Source of the DNA: an uncultured Acidobacteriota bacterium
GTDB lineage: Bacteria > Acidobacteriota > Thermoanaerobaculia > UBA5066
Direction of reading: 5' to 3'
Length of the DNA: 64,000 bases
Assembly (NCBI GenBank): GCA_937888435.1
Contig: CALAQS010000109.1
Span: 26,039 to 90,038, forward strand
The translations under genes and the position numbers were made by a program. Under the pieces are notes generated by a model that saw nothing but the letters and a program-made list of their open reading frames with translations, made no database searches and was not told the origin of the DNA. Shown here in pieces: positions 1 through 9,295 of this stretch. The stretch's first letter is position 1; each line of letters starts with the position of its first letter.

Positions 1-235
1 CTGTCCCAGATGGAAGAGCGTGATCGAGAGATTGAGCAGGACGTCGGGGTCGCGCGGGCGCAGTCGCCGCGCTTCCTCGAACTCGCGCCGCGCGGTCTCG
101 TGATATCCGCGCGCCATCTCCTCCTTGCCGCGGTTCAGGTGAAGGAGAAAGAGCCCGTGGTCGAAGAATGGCGCGGGTCTGAAGGCCCTCGTCGTCTCGG
201 ATCCCCGCGTGGCCGCCATTCCGTCCCCGTCCGCC

Positions 236-979
236 TCAGCGCATCCGCCCCAGCGCAGGAGCCTGGCGTTCCGTGATGTCGACCGCCGTGTTCGAGAGGA
301 CCGCCATCCCGTTCAGGCTCGAGACTCGTATCGCGGCCGTCCGGGCGGGCGGCCCGGTCGGCGTGCCACGGAACCCGCCGCCGATGACGGGCCCGATTCC
401 GCCCTCTCCGTGCCGCGCGACGAGGACGCGCCGGATGTACTCGCGCGTCTCGCGATACGGCGGCACGCCGGAGTGGTGCGTCACGGCGTTCTCGCCGGCG
501 TTGTACCCCGCGAGCGCCAGGGCCACGTCGCCCTTGAACTGCTCGAGAAGGGTGGCGAGATACTTCACGCCCGCGCGAATGCTCTGGCCCGCGTCATACC
601 GGTCGGACACGCCGAACCGAAGGGCCGTGCCGGGCATGAGCTGCATGAGGCCGCGGGCGCCCTTCCTCGACATGGCGCGCGGATTGAAGTTGGACTCCAC
701 GAGCATGACGCTCTTGACGAGCGCTGCATCGACGCCCGCCGCCCGCGCCTCGCTCTCGATCGCCGCGTCGTACGGCGACGGCGTGTTACGCCGCTCGACG
801 AGGTAGGCGTCCGAGGGCGCCCCGCCGCTCACGCGCCAGCCGCTGCCGACCTTGTCGTTGAAGATCAGCGCCGAGCCGTTCGCCTGGCGCACGAGATGGA
901 CGTCGGCGCGCAGGGCGCCCGTCGCCGCGAGCAAAGCGGCCACAGACACCCGCGCCAGACCAATCCCGCGAGATGGCAT
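236..979 (-). CDS. Family-1 soluble lytic transglycosylase (SLT domain) protein with N-terminal signal peptide.
   Basis: Translation contains the SLT motifs ESNFNPRAMSRKGARGLMQLMPGTA and AYNAGENAV. N-terminus is signal-like (VSVAALLAATGALRA). Confidence 0.8.
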   Translation of the reverse strand: MPSRGIGLARVSVAALLAATGALRADVHLVRQANGSALIFNDKVGSGWRVSGGAPSDAYLVERRNTPSPYDAAIESEARAAGVDAALVKSVMLVESNFNPRAMSRKGARGLMQLMPGTALRFGVSDRYDAGQSIRAGVKYLATLLEQFKGDVALALAGYNAGENAVTHHSGVPPYRETREYIRRVLVARHGEGGIGPVIGGGFRGTPTGPPARTAAIRVSSLNGMAVLSNTAVDITERQAPALGRMR

Positions 980-1012
980 TGCCCAGAGATTATAGCCCAG
1001 CGCGGTACAGCC

Positions 1013-3772
1013 TCAGGCCGACAGCCTCTCCCGCACCTTCGCGACGCCCAGCGCGAGAGCCGGCTCGATTTGCGCCGCGTCCTTGCCGCCGGCCTGCGCG
1101 AGGTCCGGCTTTCCGCCGCCCTTGCCCCCGACGGCGGGAGCCATGACCTGCGCCAGCTCGTGGGCGGAGACCCGGGCGACGAGGTCCGGCGTGACGGCCG
1201 CGAGCAGCGTGACCTTGCCTTCCAGCTCGGTTCCGAGCAGCACGACGCCGGACTTCAACTTGCTTCGGAACGTGTCGGCGAGATTGCGGAGCTCGTTCGC
1301 GGGGAGTGACGACACACGGCGAGCGAGAACCTTCACCCCCGCAATCTCCTCGATGCCATCGGTCCCGGTGCTGGGGACGTCCGAAGAGAGAGATTTCTTA
1401 GAAGGTGAAGATTCGGAGGGACCCGTTCCCGCGAGAGCAAGATCGCGTTTCAGGGTCGCGATCTCCTTCTCTTTCCTTCTAAGAGAATCCAGCGCGTCCC
1501 TCAGCTTCGAAGGAAGCTCGTCAAAGGGCACGTTCGCCGTCTGCGCCATATTCGCCAGGATTTCCTCGTCTTTCTGAAGCCGCTCGACCGCGTTCAGCGA
1601 CGTGACCGCCTCGAGGCGGCGGACGCCGGCCGCGAGGCCCTTGTCAGAGATCACCTTGAATGCGCCGATTTCTCCCGTGCGCCCCACATGGCAGCCACCG
1701 CACAACTCCGTCGAGAAGCCCAGCACGTCCACCACGCGCACGCGCTCGCCGTACTTCTCACCGAAGAACATGAGCGCGCCCTTCTTCTTCGCCTCATCCA
1801 TCGACATCACGGCCTTCGAAACCTCGCGGTCGCGCAGGACCTCCTCGTTCACGAGGCGTTCAATCTCGTGGATCTCGTCGGCGGTCGTCGGGCGCGAGGC
1901 CGCGTAGTCGAAGCGCAGGCGGTCGGGCGCGACGAGCGAGCCCATCTGCCGGACGGACTCCCCCAGCACCTTGCGCAGCGCCGCGTGGAGGAGGTGCGTC
2001 CCTGTGTGATTCGCCTGCGTCTTGCGGCGGGTCCATTCGTCGACGTTCATCCGCACGAGCTGACCGGGAGCGAGAGAACCGGAGGAGATTCTTAGAAGGT
2101 GAAGAGTGGCTTTCCCATTTGGCGCGCGCCTCGTGTCGATCACCTCGGCGACACCATCCGGAGCCCATGAAAAGGCACCCTGGTCGGCCACCTGGCCGCC
2201 GCTTTCGGGATAGAAGGTGGAACGGTCCGTGACGACCCAGCCCTGTTGGCCCGCCGTGAGGCGATCGCCACCTTCGAAGAGACCCTGCTTAGAAGGTGTA
2301 AAGAGACCGAGGACTCGTGCGCCCTCCAGGCTCACGAAGTCCTGCTCGGGATATCCGCGGAATTCGGTCGTCCACGAGGCGTCGATCTGGTCGTCCTTCG
2401 GAAGGTCGCCCTCGTGCTCGAACTTCGACGCACCCTTGCTCCGCTCGCGCGCAGCCTTGAGCTCCCTCTCGAACTCCTCTCGATCAATCTCCAAGCCTTC
2501 CTCTCGAGCGATCTCCTCTATCAATTCGAGAGGAACCCCATACGTGTCATAAAGACGGAACACGCCTCCGAGCATGGCGATTCCGGAACCTCCCGCTTCA
2601 TCTGCCGCTCGGCGATGCGCAGAAATCTCCTCGCCAACGCGATCCGCTCCGACGGACATCGTTTTCGCGAACCGAGCTTCTTCGTCTGACAGTGCGACCT
2701 GGATGAGCAGGGGCCGCTGATCCCCTTGACGTGCGTCGAAGTGGATGCCTCGGAACTCTTCGAGGATTACTGACGAGAGTCTGCTTACGACGGGCGTCTC
2801 CAGGCCGAGTCTGCGGCCATAGCGGATCGCCCGGCGAATGATCCTCCTCAGGACGTATCCCCTTCCTTCATTCGAAGGGATTACTCCGTCCAGCATCAGC
2901 ATGGTCGCCGCCCGCGCGTGATCGGCGATCACCCGGAAAGGCGCGTCCTCCACCGCCATGTTTCCCCGGTATTTCTTCCCCGAGACTTCCTCGATCTTCC
3001 TGATGATTGGTGCAAAGAGGTCCGTGTCGTAGTTGTTGTTCTTGCCCTCGAGGATCGCCGTGATGCGCTCGAGGCCGGCGCCCGTGTCGACGCTCGGCTT
3101 CGGAAGCGGGGTCATCTTTCCCGAGGCGTCGCGGTCGAACTGCATGAAGACGAGGTTCCAGATCTCCATGAGGCGGTCGCCGGCGCCGTTCGGCGTCGCG
3201 TCGCCGGGAACGCCATCGCCCTGGTCATAGTGAATCTCGCTGCACGGGCCGCACGGCCCCGTGTCGCCCATCGACCAGAAGTTGTCTTTCTCGCCGAACC
3301 GTGCGATGCGCGCCTTCGGGAGGTAGCGCTCCCACAGCGCGGCCGCCTCGTCGTCGTCCGTGAAAACCGTCGCCCAGAGGCGCGACGGGTCGAGGCCATA
3401 GCGCCCGGTGACGAGCTCCCACGCGTAGTCGATCGCCTCCACCTTGAAGTAATCGCCGAAGGAGAAGTTGCCGAGCATCTCGAAGAACGTGTGGTGGCGC
3501 GCCGTGTAGCCCACGTTGTCGAGGTCGTTGTGCTTGCCGCCCGCCCGCACGCACTTCTGTGACGACGTCGCGCGCGTGTAGGCCCGCTTCTCGCGCCCGA
3601 GGAAGAGATCCTTGAACTGGTTCATGCCCGCGTTCGTGAAGAGCAGCGTCGGGTCCTCAGCGGGCACGAGCGAGGAGGACGCCACGCGCGTGTGGCCCTT
3701 CTCTTCGAAGAAGGACAGGAACGTCTCGCGGACTTTGCGGGACGTCCAGCCGCCGGGAGGATGAGTTGCCAT
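1013..3772 (-). CDS. alaS: Alanine--tRNA ligase.
   Basis: 919-aa ORF with the class II AlaRS N-terminus (FLSFFEEKGH, FTNAGMNQFKD), the editing-domain HxxxH motifs (HTGTHLLHAAL, CGGCHV) and a C-Ala domain. Confidence 0.95.
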   Translation of the reverse strand: MATHPPGGWTSRKVRETFLSFFEEKGHTRVASSSLVPAEDPTLLFTNAGMNQFKDLFLGREKRAYTRATSSQKCVRAGGKHNDLDNVGYTARHHTFFEMLGNFSFGDYFKVEAIDYAWELVTGRYGLDPSRLWATVFTDDDEAAALWERYLPKARIARFGEKDNFWSMGDTGPCGPCSEIHYDQGDGVPGDATPNGAGDRLMEIWNLVFMQFDRDASGKMTPLPKPSVDTGAGLERITAILEGKNNNYDTDLFAPIIRKIEEVSGKKYRGNMAVEDAPFRVIADHARAATMLMLDGVIPSNEGRGYVLRRIIRRAIRYGRRLGLETPVVSRLSSVILEEFRGIHFDARQGDQRPLLIQVALSDEEARFAKTMSVGADRVGEEISAHRRAADEAGGSGIAMLGGVFRLYDTYGVPLELIEEIAREEGLEIDREEFERELKAARERSKGASKFEHEGDLPKDDQIDASWTTEFRGYPEQDFVSLEGARVLGLFTPSKQGLFEGGDRLTAGQQGWVVTDRSTFYPESGGQVADQGAFSWAPDGVAEVIDTRRAPNGKATLHLLRISSGSLAPGQLVRMNVDEWTRRKTQANHTGTHLLHAALRKVLGESVRQMGSLVAPDRLRFDYAASRPTTADEIHEIERLVNEEVLRDREVSKAVMSMDEAKKKGALMFFGEKYGERVRVVDVLGFSTELCGGCHVGRTGEIGAFKVISDKGLAAGVRRLEAVTSLNAVERLQKDEEILANMAQTANVPFDELPSKLRDALDSLRRKEKEIATLKRDLALAGTGPSESSPSKKSLSSDVPSTGTDGIEEIAGVKVLARRVSSLPANELRNLADTFRSKLKSGVVLLGTELEGKVTLLAAVTPDLVARVSAHELAQVMAPAVGGKGGGKPDLAQAGGKDAAQIEPALALGVAKVRERLSA

Positions 3773-3805
3773 CGCTCGGAGGATAAGGGGTTTCCCCCCG
3801 CCCCC

Positions 3806-5017
3806 CTATCCCGGCTGGTTCGAGAAGTCGAAGGGCGAGGCCGCTTCCTGCGAGCTGAGCGCGTCGGGCGACTCCAGGGCGCCCTCCATGAGCTCGTTCG
3901 CGATGTCGGACGTGGACTGGATGCCCTGCACCTTGAGCTTGAACTCGTTCGGGTTGCTCGAGCGCCGGATCGCCTCTTCCAGCGTGATGAGGCCCGTCTT
4001 GTAGAGCTGGAAGAGCGACTGATCGAATGTCTGCATCCCGTACTGCGAGGTGCCGGCCTTGATCGCGTCGTGGATGTACTTCGTCTTTTCCTTGTTCTCG
4101 ATGCAGTCGCGGATGTAGTTCGTCGCCACGAGCACCTCGACGGCCGGCACGCGGCCGAGGCCGTCCGCGCGCGGGAGAAGACGCATCGAGCACACGGCCT
4201 TGATGACGGCCGCGAGCTGCAGGCGAATCTGCTTCTGCTGGTGCGGCGGGAAGACCGAGATGATGCGGTTGACCGTCTCGGTCGCGTCCATCGTGTGGAG
4301 GGTCGACATGACGAGGTGGCCCGTCTCGGCGGCCACGAGCGCCGTCTCGACGGTCTCGAAGTCGCGCATCTCGCCCACGAGGATGACGTCCGGGTCCTGC
4401 CGGAGGGCCGCGCGGATCGCGGACGCGAACGAGCGCGTGTCCACCTCGAGCTCGCGCTGGTTGATGATCGATTTCTTGTCGCGATGGAGGAACTCGACGG
4501 GGTCCTCGATCGTCATGATGTGCTCGGACCGGGTCGAGTTGATGTAGTCGATCATCGCGGCGAGCGACGTGGACTTGCCCGAGCCCGTCGTCCCGGTCAC
4601 GAGAATGAGGCCGCGCGTCTCCTCGCAGATTCTCTCGAGCACGGGCGGCAGGAGGAGGTCGCGAACCGTGAGGATGCGGGCCGGGATGACGCGGCAGACC
4701 ATTCCGACCGTCCCGCGCTGCTGGAAGATGTTGCAGCGGAACCGCCCGAGCCCCGGCACCGAATACGCGATGTCGATCTCGAAGTTGTTCTTGAATTTTT
4801 CCTTCTGCCGCGAAGACATGATCGAGAACGCCATCGCGATCGTGTCTTCCTGCATGAGGCGCTTGAGGTCGACGAGCGGGGTCAGCTCGCCGTCGACACG
4901 GATGATCGGGTGCGCGCCGACCTTCAGGTGGAGGTCGGACGCCTTCCGCTCGACCGCGATCTTGAGCAGGTCGTTGATGTGCATGAGCGACCTCCGACCG
5001 TTCCGGGATTCGGACAA
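3806..5017 (-). CDS. pilT: Type IV pilus twitching-motility/retraction ATPase PilT.
   Basis: Walker A GTTGSGKST, the PilT/PilU signature and the MAFSIMSSRQKEKF N-domain. Carries a short acidic C-terminal tail beyond typical PilT length. Confidence 0.88.
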   Translation of the reverse strand: MSESRNGRRSLMHINDLLKIAVERKASDLHLKVGAHPIIRVDGELTPLVDLKRLMQEDTIAMAFSIMSSRQKEKFKNNFEIDIAYSVPGLGRFRCNIFQQRGTVGMVCRVIPARILTVRDLLLPPVLERICEETRGLILVTGTTGSGKSTSLAAMIDYINSTRSEHIMTIEDPVEFLHRDKKSIINQRELEVDTRSFASAIRAALRQDPDVILVGEMRDFETVETALVAAETGHLVMSTLHTMDATETVNRIISVFPPHQQKQIRLQLAAVIKAVCSMRLLPRADGLGRVPAVEVLVATNYIRDCIENKEKTKYIHDAIKAGTSQYGMQTFDQSLFQLYKTGLITLEEAIRRSSNPNEFKLKVQGIQSTSDIANELMEGALESPDALSSQEAASPFDFSNQPG

Positions 5018-5109
5018 GAATAAGGCTTTCAGGCACTTGGGTCAACGCGGGGGTGACATCATTAACACGATCCCGCTGTATATTTCGGGGGCGCTGAGGG
5101 AGGACGACG

Positions 5110-5748
5110 ATGGCCGAAGACAAGGCTCACCCACCCGACGGAACGAGCGGCGTCACCCGCCGCGGCCTGATCAAGGGAATCGCGAGCGCCGTCACCGCCG
5201 CCTCGACCGGCGCCACGGCGCTCCTCGTCGAGACGCGCCACGAGCTTCAGGCCGCAAACCTGTCCGGCCCGATGGCCGTGAGCGTCACGGTGAACGGAGC
5301 CGTGAAGGCGGGTTCGTTCGAGCCGCGCACGACGCTCGCGGAGGCGTTACGCGATTCGTGGGGCATGACGGGCACGAAAGTGGGCTGCGACCGCGGCGCC
5401 TGCGGCGCCTGCACGGTCCTGCTCGACGGCCTCGCCGTGAACTCCTGCCTCACGCTCGTCCACGACGCGGACGGCAGGAAGGTCACGACGGTCGAGGGGC
5501 TCGGCTCGCCCGAGGCGATGGCTCCGATCCAGAAGGCGTTCGTCGAGGCCGACGCGCTCCAGTGCGGTTTCTGCACGCCGGGGATGGTCGTCTCGTGCGC
5601 CGGCCTCCTCGCGAGGAACCCAAGGCCCTCGGAGCACGACGTGAAGGAAGCCGTCGCCGGCAACCTCTGCCGGTGCGGGACCTACACCGGCGTCTTCGCC
5701 GCCTGCGAAGCGGTTGCGCACGCCAAGTCGGAGGTGACCCGTGGCTGA
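5110..5748 (+). CDS. (2Fe-2S)-binding small subunit of a xanthine dehydrogenase/aldehyde oxidoreductase-family molybdoenzyme, carrying a twin-arginine (TAT) signal.
   Basis: N-terminal RRGLIKGIASAVTAAS twin-arginine motif. Two [2Fe-2S] Cys clusters (CDRGACGACTV, CGFCTPG, CRCGTY). GGGAGG RBS sits upstream of the ATG. Confidence 0.85.
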   Translation: MAEDKAHPPDGTSGVTRRGLIKGIASAVTAASTGATALLVETRHELQAANLSGPMAVSVTVNGAVKAGSFEPRTTLAEALRDSWGMTGTKVGCDRGACGACTVLLDGLAVNSCLTLVHDADGRKVTTVEGLGSPEAMAPIQKAFVEADALQCGFCTPGMVVSCAGLLARNPRPSEHDVKEAVAGNLCRCGTYTGVFAACEAVAHAKSEVTRG

Positions 5749-8035
5749 CGCCCTCAAGACGAAGATCGAGGTCGGCCTCGCCGGGAAGACCACCGTCATG
5801 GAGGTCGAGATCCCGGCCGGCGATCCGCCGCCGTACAAGGTCGGCGAGCGCCCCGTCACCGGGAAGCGCCACCCGCGCCTCGACGGGCCGCAGATGGTCA
5901 CGGGTCGCGCGGCCTACACGCACGACGCGCGGCGGCCGGGCATGCTCCACGCCCGCATCCTCCGCTCGCCGCACGCGCACGCGAAGATCGTCTCGATCGA
6001 TACGTCGGCCCTCGAGAAGATGCCGGGCGTCGTCTTCGAAAACCCGGGTAAGGATACCGTCCGCTACCACGGCGAAGCCGTCCTCGCGCTCGCGGCGCCC
6101 ACGCGCGCGGCGGCCGAGGACGCGCTCCGCGCCGTGAAGGTCGTCTACGACGTCCTCCCCCACACCGTGAGCCTCGCGGCCGCCCGGAAGGAGGGCTCGC
6201 CGCTCGTCTTTCAGAAATTCGTCGAGGAGAAGCACAGCGCGGGCGACGTGCCAGGCGGTGCGGCCCCGGTAGAACAGAAGGGCAACGTGCGCGGGCCGAA
6301 AACCTCCGGCCGGGGCGACGCCGACAAGGGCTTCGCCGAGGCGGAGGGAACCCTCGAGGTCGTGACGACTACGGCCGTCCAGACGCACGTGCCGCTCGAG
6401 ACCCATTCCCTGTTCGCCGAGTGGGTGGGCGACACGCTCGAGGTCCAGGCCTCGACGCAGGGAACATTCAGTGTCCGGGACGAGCTCGCCGAGGTCCTCA
6501 AGCTCCAGAAGAACAAGGTGAACGTCCGCGCCGAGCTCACGGGCGGCGGGTTCGGCGCGAAGTTCGGGGCGGGCGACTACGGCGTCTTCGCCGCGAAGCT
6601 CGCGAAGAAGGCCGGCAGGCCCGTCCTCATGGCGCTCGACCGCAAGGAGGAGCACCTCGCGGCGGGCAACCGGCCCGACTCGTGGAACCGCGTGAAGCTC
6701 GGCTACAAAAACGACGGGACGGTCACGGCGGTGGACTACGAGTCCTTCGGCACGGCAGGCGTCGCGACGGGCACGGGCACCGGCGGCTTCGTGAAGTCGG
6801 CCTACGGCTTCCCCGCGGTGAAGGTCGCCGAATCCGACGTCTTCACGCACCTCGGCCCCGGCTGCGCGATGCGCGCGCCCGGCCACCCGCAGGGCTGCTT
6901 CGCCGTCGAGACTGCACTGGAAGCGCTCGCCGAGAAGCTCGGGATGGACCCGCTCGCCCTGCGCCTCAAGAACGATCCCTCCGAGGTGCGGCGCACCGAG
7001 TGGGAGCTCGGCGCGAAGGAGTTCGGCTGGTCCCGCCGCGCCGGGATCTCGAAGGCGAACGCCGCCGCCGCGGCGGCGGGCAGCCCACTCCGGCGCGGCC
7101 TGGGCTGCGCGGCGGCGGTCTGGTACACGTTCGTCGCGCCGGGCTCTCAGGTGATCGTCCGGATTCACCGCGACGGAACCGTCGAGGCCGAAAACGGCGT
7201 GCAGGACATCGGGGGCGGCGTGCGCACGCCGATCGCGATGGTCGTCGCCGAGGAGCTCGGCCTCCCGGTCGCGAAAGTCAGCGTGAAGATCGGTGACTCG
7301 CGCTACCCGTTCGGGCCCGCCTCGGGCGGCTCCGTCACGACGGGCTCGCTGATCCCGGCCGTTCGCGCGGCTGCCGTCCACGCGAAGGAGAAGCTCCTCG
7401 ACGTCGCGTCAAAGCTCCTCGGCGTGCCGGCCTCGGAGATCGCGCTCGCGAACGGTGTCTTCTCGGCGAAGGGCAAGTCGGCGGACTTCCGGAAGGTCTG
7501 CTCCCGTCTCCCTGGCGAGACGCTCGTCGCGACGGGCGACCGCGCGAAGGACTACGACGGGACCGACACGCGGCTCTTCGGCGCGCAGTTCGCCGAGGTG
7601 GTTGTGGACGTCGAGACCGGCGTCGTCGGCGTGAAAAAGGTCGTCGCCGTGCATGACTGCGGCCAGCCGGTCTGGAAGACCGGAGTCGAGAGCCAGATCC
7701 GCGGCGGCATCCTGCAGGGCATCAGCTACGCCCTCTTCGAGGAACGTGTCGTGGACGAGCGCTCAGGCCGCGTGCTGAACCCGAACGTCGAGTTCTACAA
7801 GGTCCTCGGGAGCAAGGACACGCCGGAGATCGTCCCGCTCCTCGTAGACCTCTATCCGGGCAAGAACAACGCGCACGCGCGTGGCATCGGCGAGCCGGCA
7901 ACCGTGCCGACGGCGGCCGCCGTCGCGAACGCGATTGCGCACGCGACGGGCATCCGGCCGACGGCGCTCCCGATCACGCCGGCGAGGATTCTGGAAGCGC
8001 TCGGGAAGGTTCCGAAGCGGGAGGTGAGGGCGTGA
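5741..8035 (+). CDS. Molybdopterin-binding large subunit of a xanthine dehydrogenase/aldehyde oxidase-family enzyme.
   Basis: 764-aa ORF with aldehyde oxidase/xanthine dehydrogenase a/b hammerhead and Mo-binding regions. GTG start overlaps the upstream small-subunit gene by 8 nt. Confidence 0.88.
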   Translation: MADALKTKIEVGLAGKTTVMEVEIPAGDPPPYKVGERPVTGKRHPRLDGPQMVTGRAAYTHDARRPGMLHARILRSPHAHAKIVSIDTSALEKMPGVVFENPGKDTVRYHGEAVLALAAPTRAAAEDALRAVKVVYDVLPHTVSLAAARKEGSPLVFQKFVEEKHSAGDVPGGAAPVEQKGNVRGPKTSGRGDADKGFAEAEGTLEVVTTTAVQTHVPLETHSLFAEWVGDTLEVQASTQGTFSVRDELAEVLKLQKNKVNVRAELTGGGFGAKFGAGDYGVFAAKLAKKAGRPVLMALDRKEEHLAAGNRPDSWNRVKLGYKNDGTVTAVDYESFGTAGVATGTGTGGFVKSAYGFPAVKVAESDVFTHLGPGCAMRAPGHPQGCFAVETALEALAEKLGMDPLALRLKNDPSEVRRTEWELGAKEFGWSRRAGISKANAAAAAAGSPLRRGLGCAAAVWYTFVAPGSQVIVRIHRDGTVEAENGVQDIGGGVRTPIAMVVAEELGLPVAKVSVKIGDSRYPFGPASGGSVTTGSLIPAVRAAAVHAKEKLLDVASKLLGVPASEIALANGVFSAKGKSADFRKVCSRLPGETLVATGDRAKDYDGTDTRLFGAQFAEVVVDVETGVVGVKKVVAVHDCGQPVWKTGVESQIRGGILQGISYALFEERVVDERSGRVLNPNVEFYKVLGSKDTPEIVPLLVDLYPGKNNAHARGIGEPATVPTAAAVANAIAHATGIRPTALPITPARILEALGKVPKREVRA

Positions 8036-9039
8036 AAAGCTTCGAAAGGGTCCAGCCCCGAAGCTGGGACGAGGCGGCGTCCGCTCTCGCGGCGGCCCGC
8101 AAGTCCGGGAAGACCGCTGAAGCCAAGGGCGCGGGCACCGAGCTGCTGGACCGCCTCAAGGAATACAACCTCGCGCCCGACCAAGTCGTCGACCTCCGGC
8201 GGCTGACGTCGCACAACTCCATTCGCAGGAATCCCTCCGGCGGCGCCTCGATCGGCGCGCTCGTGACCCTGACGGCGGTGGCCGAGGGGCTCCGCAAGGA
8301 CTTCCCTGCTCTCGCGGACGCCTGCGAGGGCGCCGCGACGCCCCAGATCCGCAACGCGGCGACGCTCGCGGGCAATCTCTGCCAGCGCCCGCGCTGCTGG
8401 TACTTCCGCTCGTCCGAGTTCCAGTGCCTCAAGAAGGGCGGCGTCGAGTGCCTCGCGAAGTCGGGCGAGAACGAGTTCCACGCAATCTTCGGGAACAACA
8501 CGTGCGCGATCGTCCACCCCTCGGCGGCCGGCGTCGCGCTCGTCGCCTTGAACGCCCGCATCGAGACGCTCGCCGCGAGTGGAGGCCGCACGCTCCTCGC
8601 CGCGGACTTCTTCGTACGGCCCGAGGTCGAGATCTTCGCGGAGAACGCGCTCGAGCCCGGCGAGCTCGTCGTCGAGATCCACGTCGAAAAGCCGCAGGGC
8701 CTGCACTCGGCGTACCGCAAGATCAAGCATAAGCAGACCTTCGACTGGCCGCTCGCCGACGCCGCCGTCGCGTGGCGTGACGCGGGCGGCGCCGCGAAGG
8801 ACGTGCGGATCGTGATCGGGTCCGCGGCGCCGGTGCCCTGGCGCGCAAAGGCGGCCGAGGCGCTCGTCGAGGGGAAGAGGATCGACGCGGCGCTCGCGGC
8901 GAAGGCCGGAGAGGCCGCGCTCGAGGGCGCAACGCCTCTTGGCAAGAACGCCTACAAGCTGCCGATGGTCGCGGCGGTCGTCCGGCGGACGCTCCTCGCG
9001 TCGGCCGGGCTCCCGGACGGGACGGAGGAGCACGGATGA
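8032..9039 (+). CDS. FAD-binding medium subunit (CoxM/XdhB-like) of the molybdenum hydroxylase.
   Basis: 335-aa ORF with an FAD-binding PCMH-type domain (AGGTELLD and LAGNLCQRPRCWYFR). GTGA overlap with the large-subunit stop. Confidence 0.85.
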   Translation: MKSFERVQPRSWDEAASALAAARKSGKTAEAKGAGTELLDRLKEYNLAPDQVVDLRRLTSHNSIRRNPSGGASIGALVTLTAVAEGLRKDFPALADACEGAATPQIRNAATLAGNLCQRPRCWYFRSSEFQCLKKGGVECLAKSGENEFHAIFGNNTCAIVHPSAAGVALVALNARIETLAASGGRTLLAADFFVRPEVEIFAENALEPGELVVEIHVEKPQGLHSAYRKIKHKQTFDWPLADAAVAWRDAGGAAKDVRIVIGSAAPVPWRAKAAEALVEGKRIDAALAAKAGEAALEGATPLGKNAYKLPMVAAVVRRTLLASAGLPDGTEEHG

Positions 9040-9284
9040 GCGCGCCCTCCGGCCTGGGCGGCTCCGACGCAGTCGCCCTCGACCCCGCGCTGCGCTGCCG
9101 GCACTTGCGGACGAAAACGATGTTCGTCGCGACGGGCGACTGGGACGAGCACGCGCGCGAGCATCCCTCGACCTCCGCCGCCTACTGGTGTCTTCAGGTC
9201 ATGGGGCCCGTCGGCCCGGACGGCCAGCCCGCCTGCCTCGACGACTGCCGGGCCGGCCGCGCGTGCTTCGAGGGCGAAGACTGA
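9036..9284 (+). CDS. Hypothetical small Cys-rich protein (82 aa) inside the Mo-hydroxylase cluster.
   Basis: ATGA start/stop overlap with the FAD-subunit gene. Very high third-position GC consistent with coding. Five Cys residues including a C-x3-C-x5-C pattern at the C-terminus. No family recognised. Confidence 0.45.
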   Translation: MSAPSGLGGSDAVALDPALRCRHLRTKTMFVATGDWDEHAREHPSTSAAYWCLQVMGPVGPDGQPACLDDCRAGRACFEGED

Positions 9285-9295
9285 GCGGACCTTCG

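Noticed and set aside
10-276. 88-aa plus-strand ORF at the window start.
   Set aside because: No recognisable features, and it overlaps the 3' end of the SLT gene on the other strand. Not callable from sequence alone.
3657-5123. Long alternative-frame ORFs (examples: 3657-5123 minus, 5483-7381 minus, 10704-12749 plus, 19816-21273 minus, 22984-25317 minus, 24692-28108 minus, 25990-28608 plus, 51566-54277 minus).
   Set aside because: Their translations are Arg/Pro/Gly/Asp-rich low-complexity strings. They lie antisense to or out of frame with genes that have strong family signatures (pilT, the Mo-hydroxylase subunits, mglA, comM, secA, hppA). They are typical stop-codon-poor shadow frames of high-GC DNA.
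8939-9295. Extended N-terminus of the mocA frame starting at 8939.
   Set aside because: It overlaps the FAD-subunit gene in another frame, and its translation is Arg/Ser-rich nonsense. The conserved LLAAGASTRFG motif begins right after the GTG at 9296.
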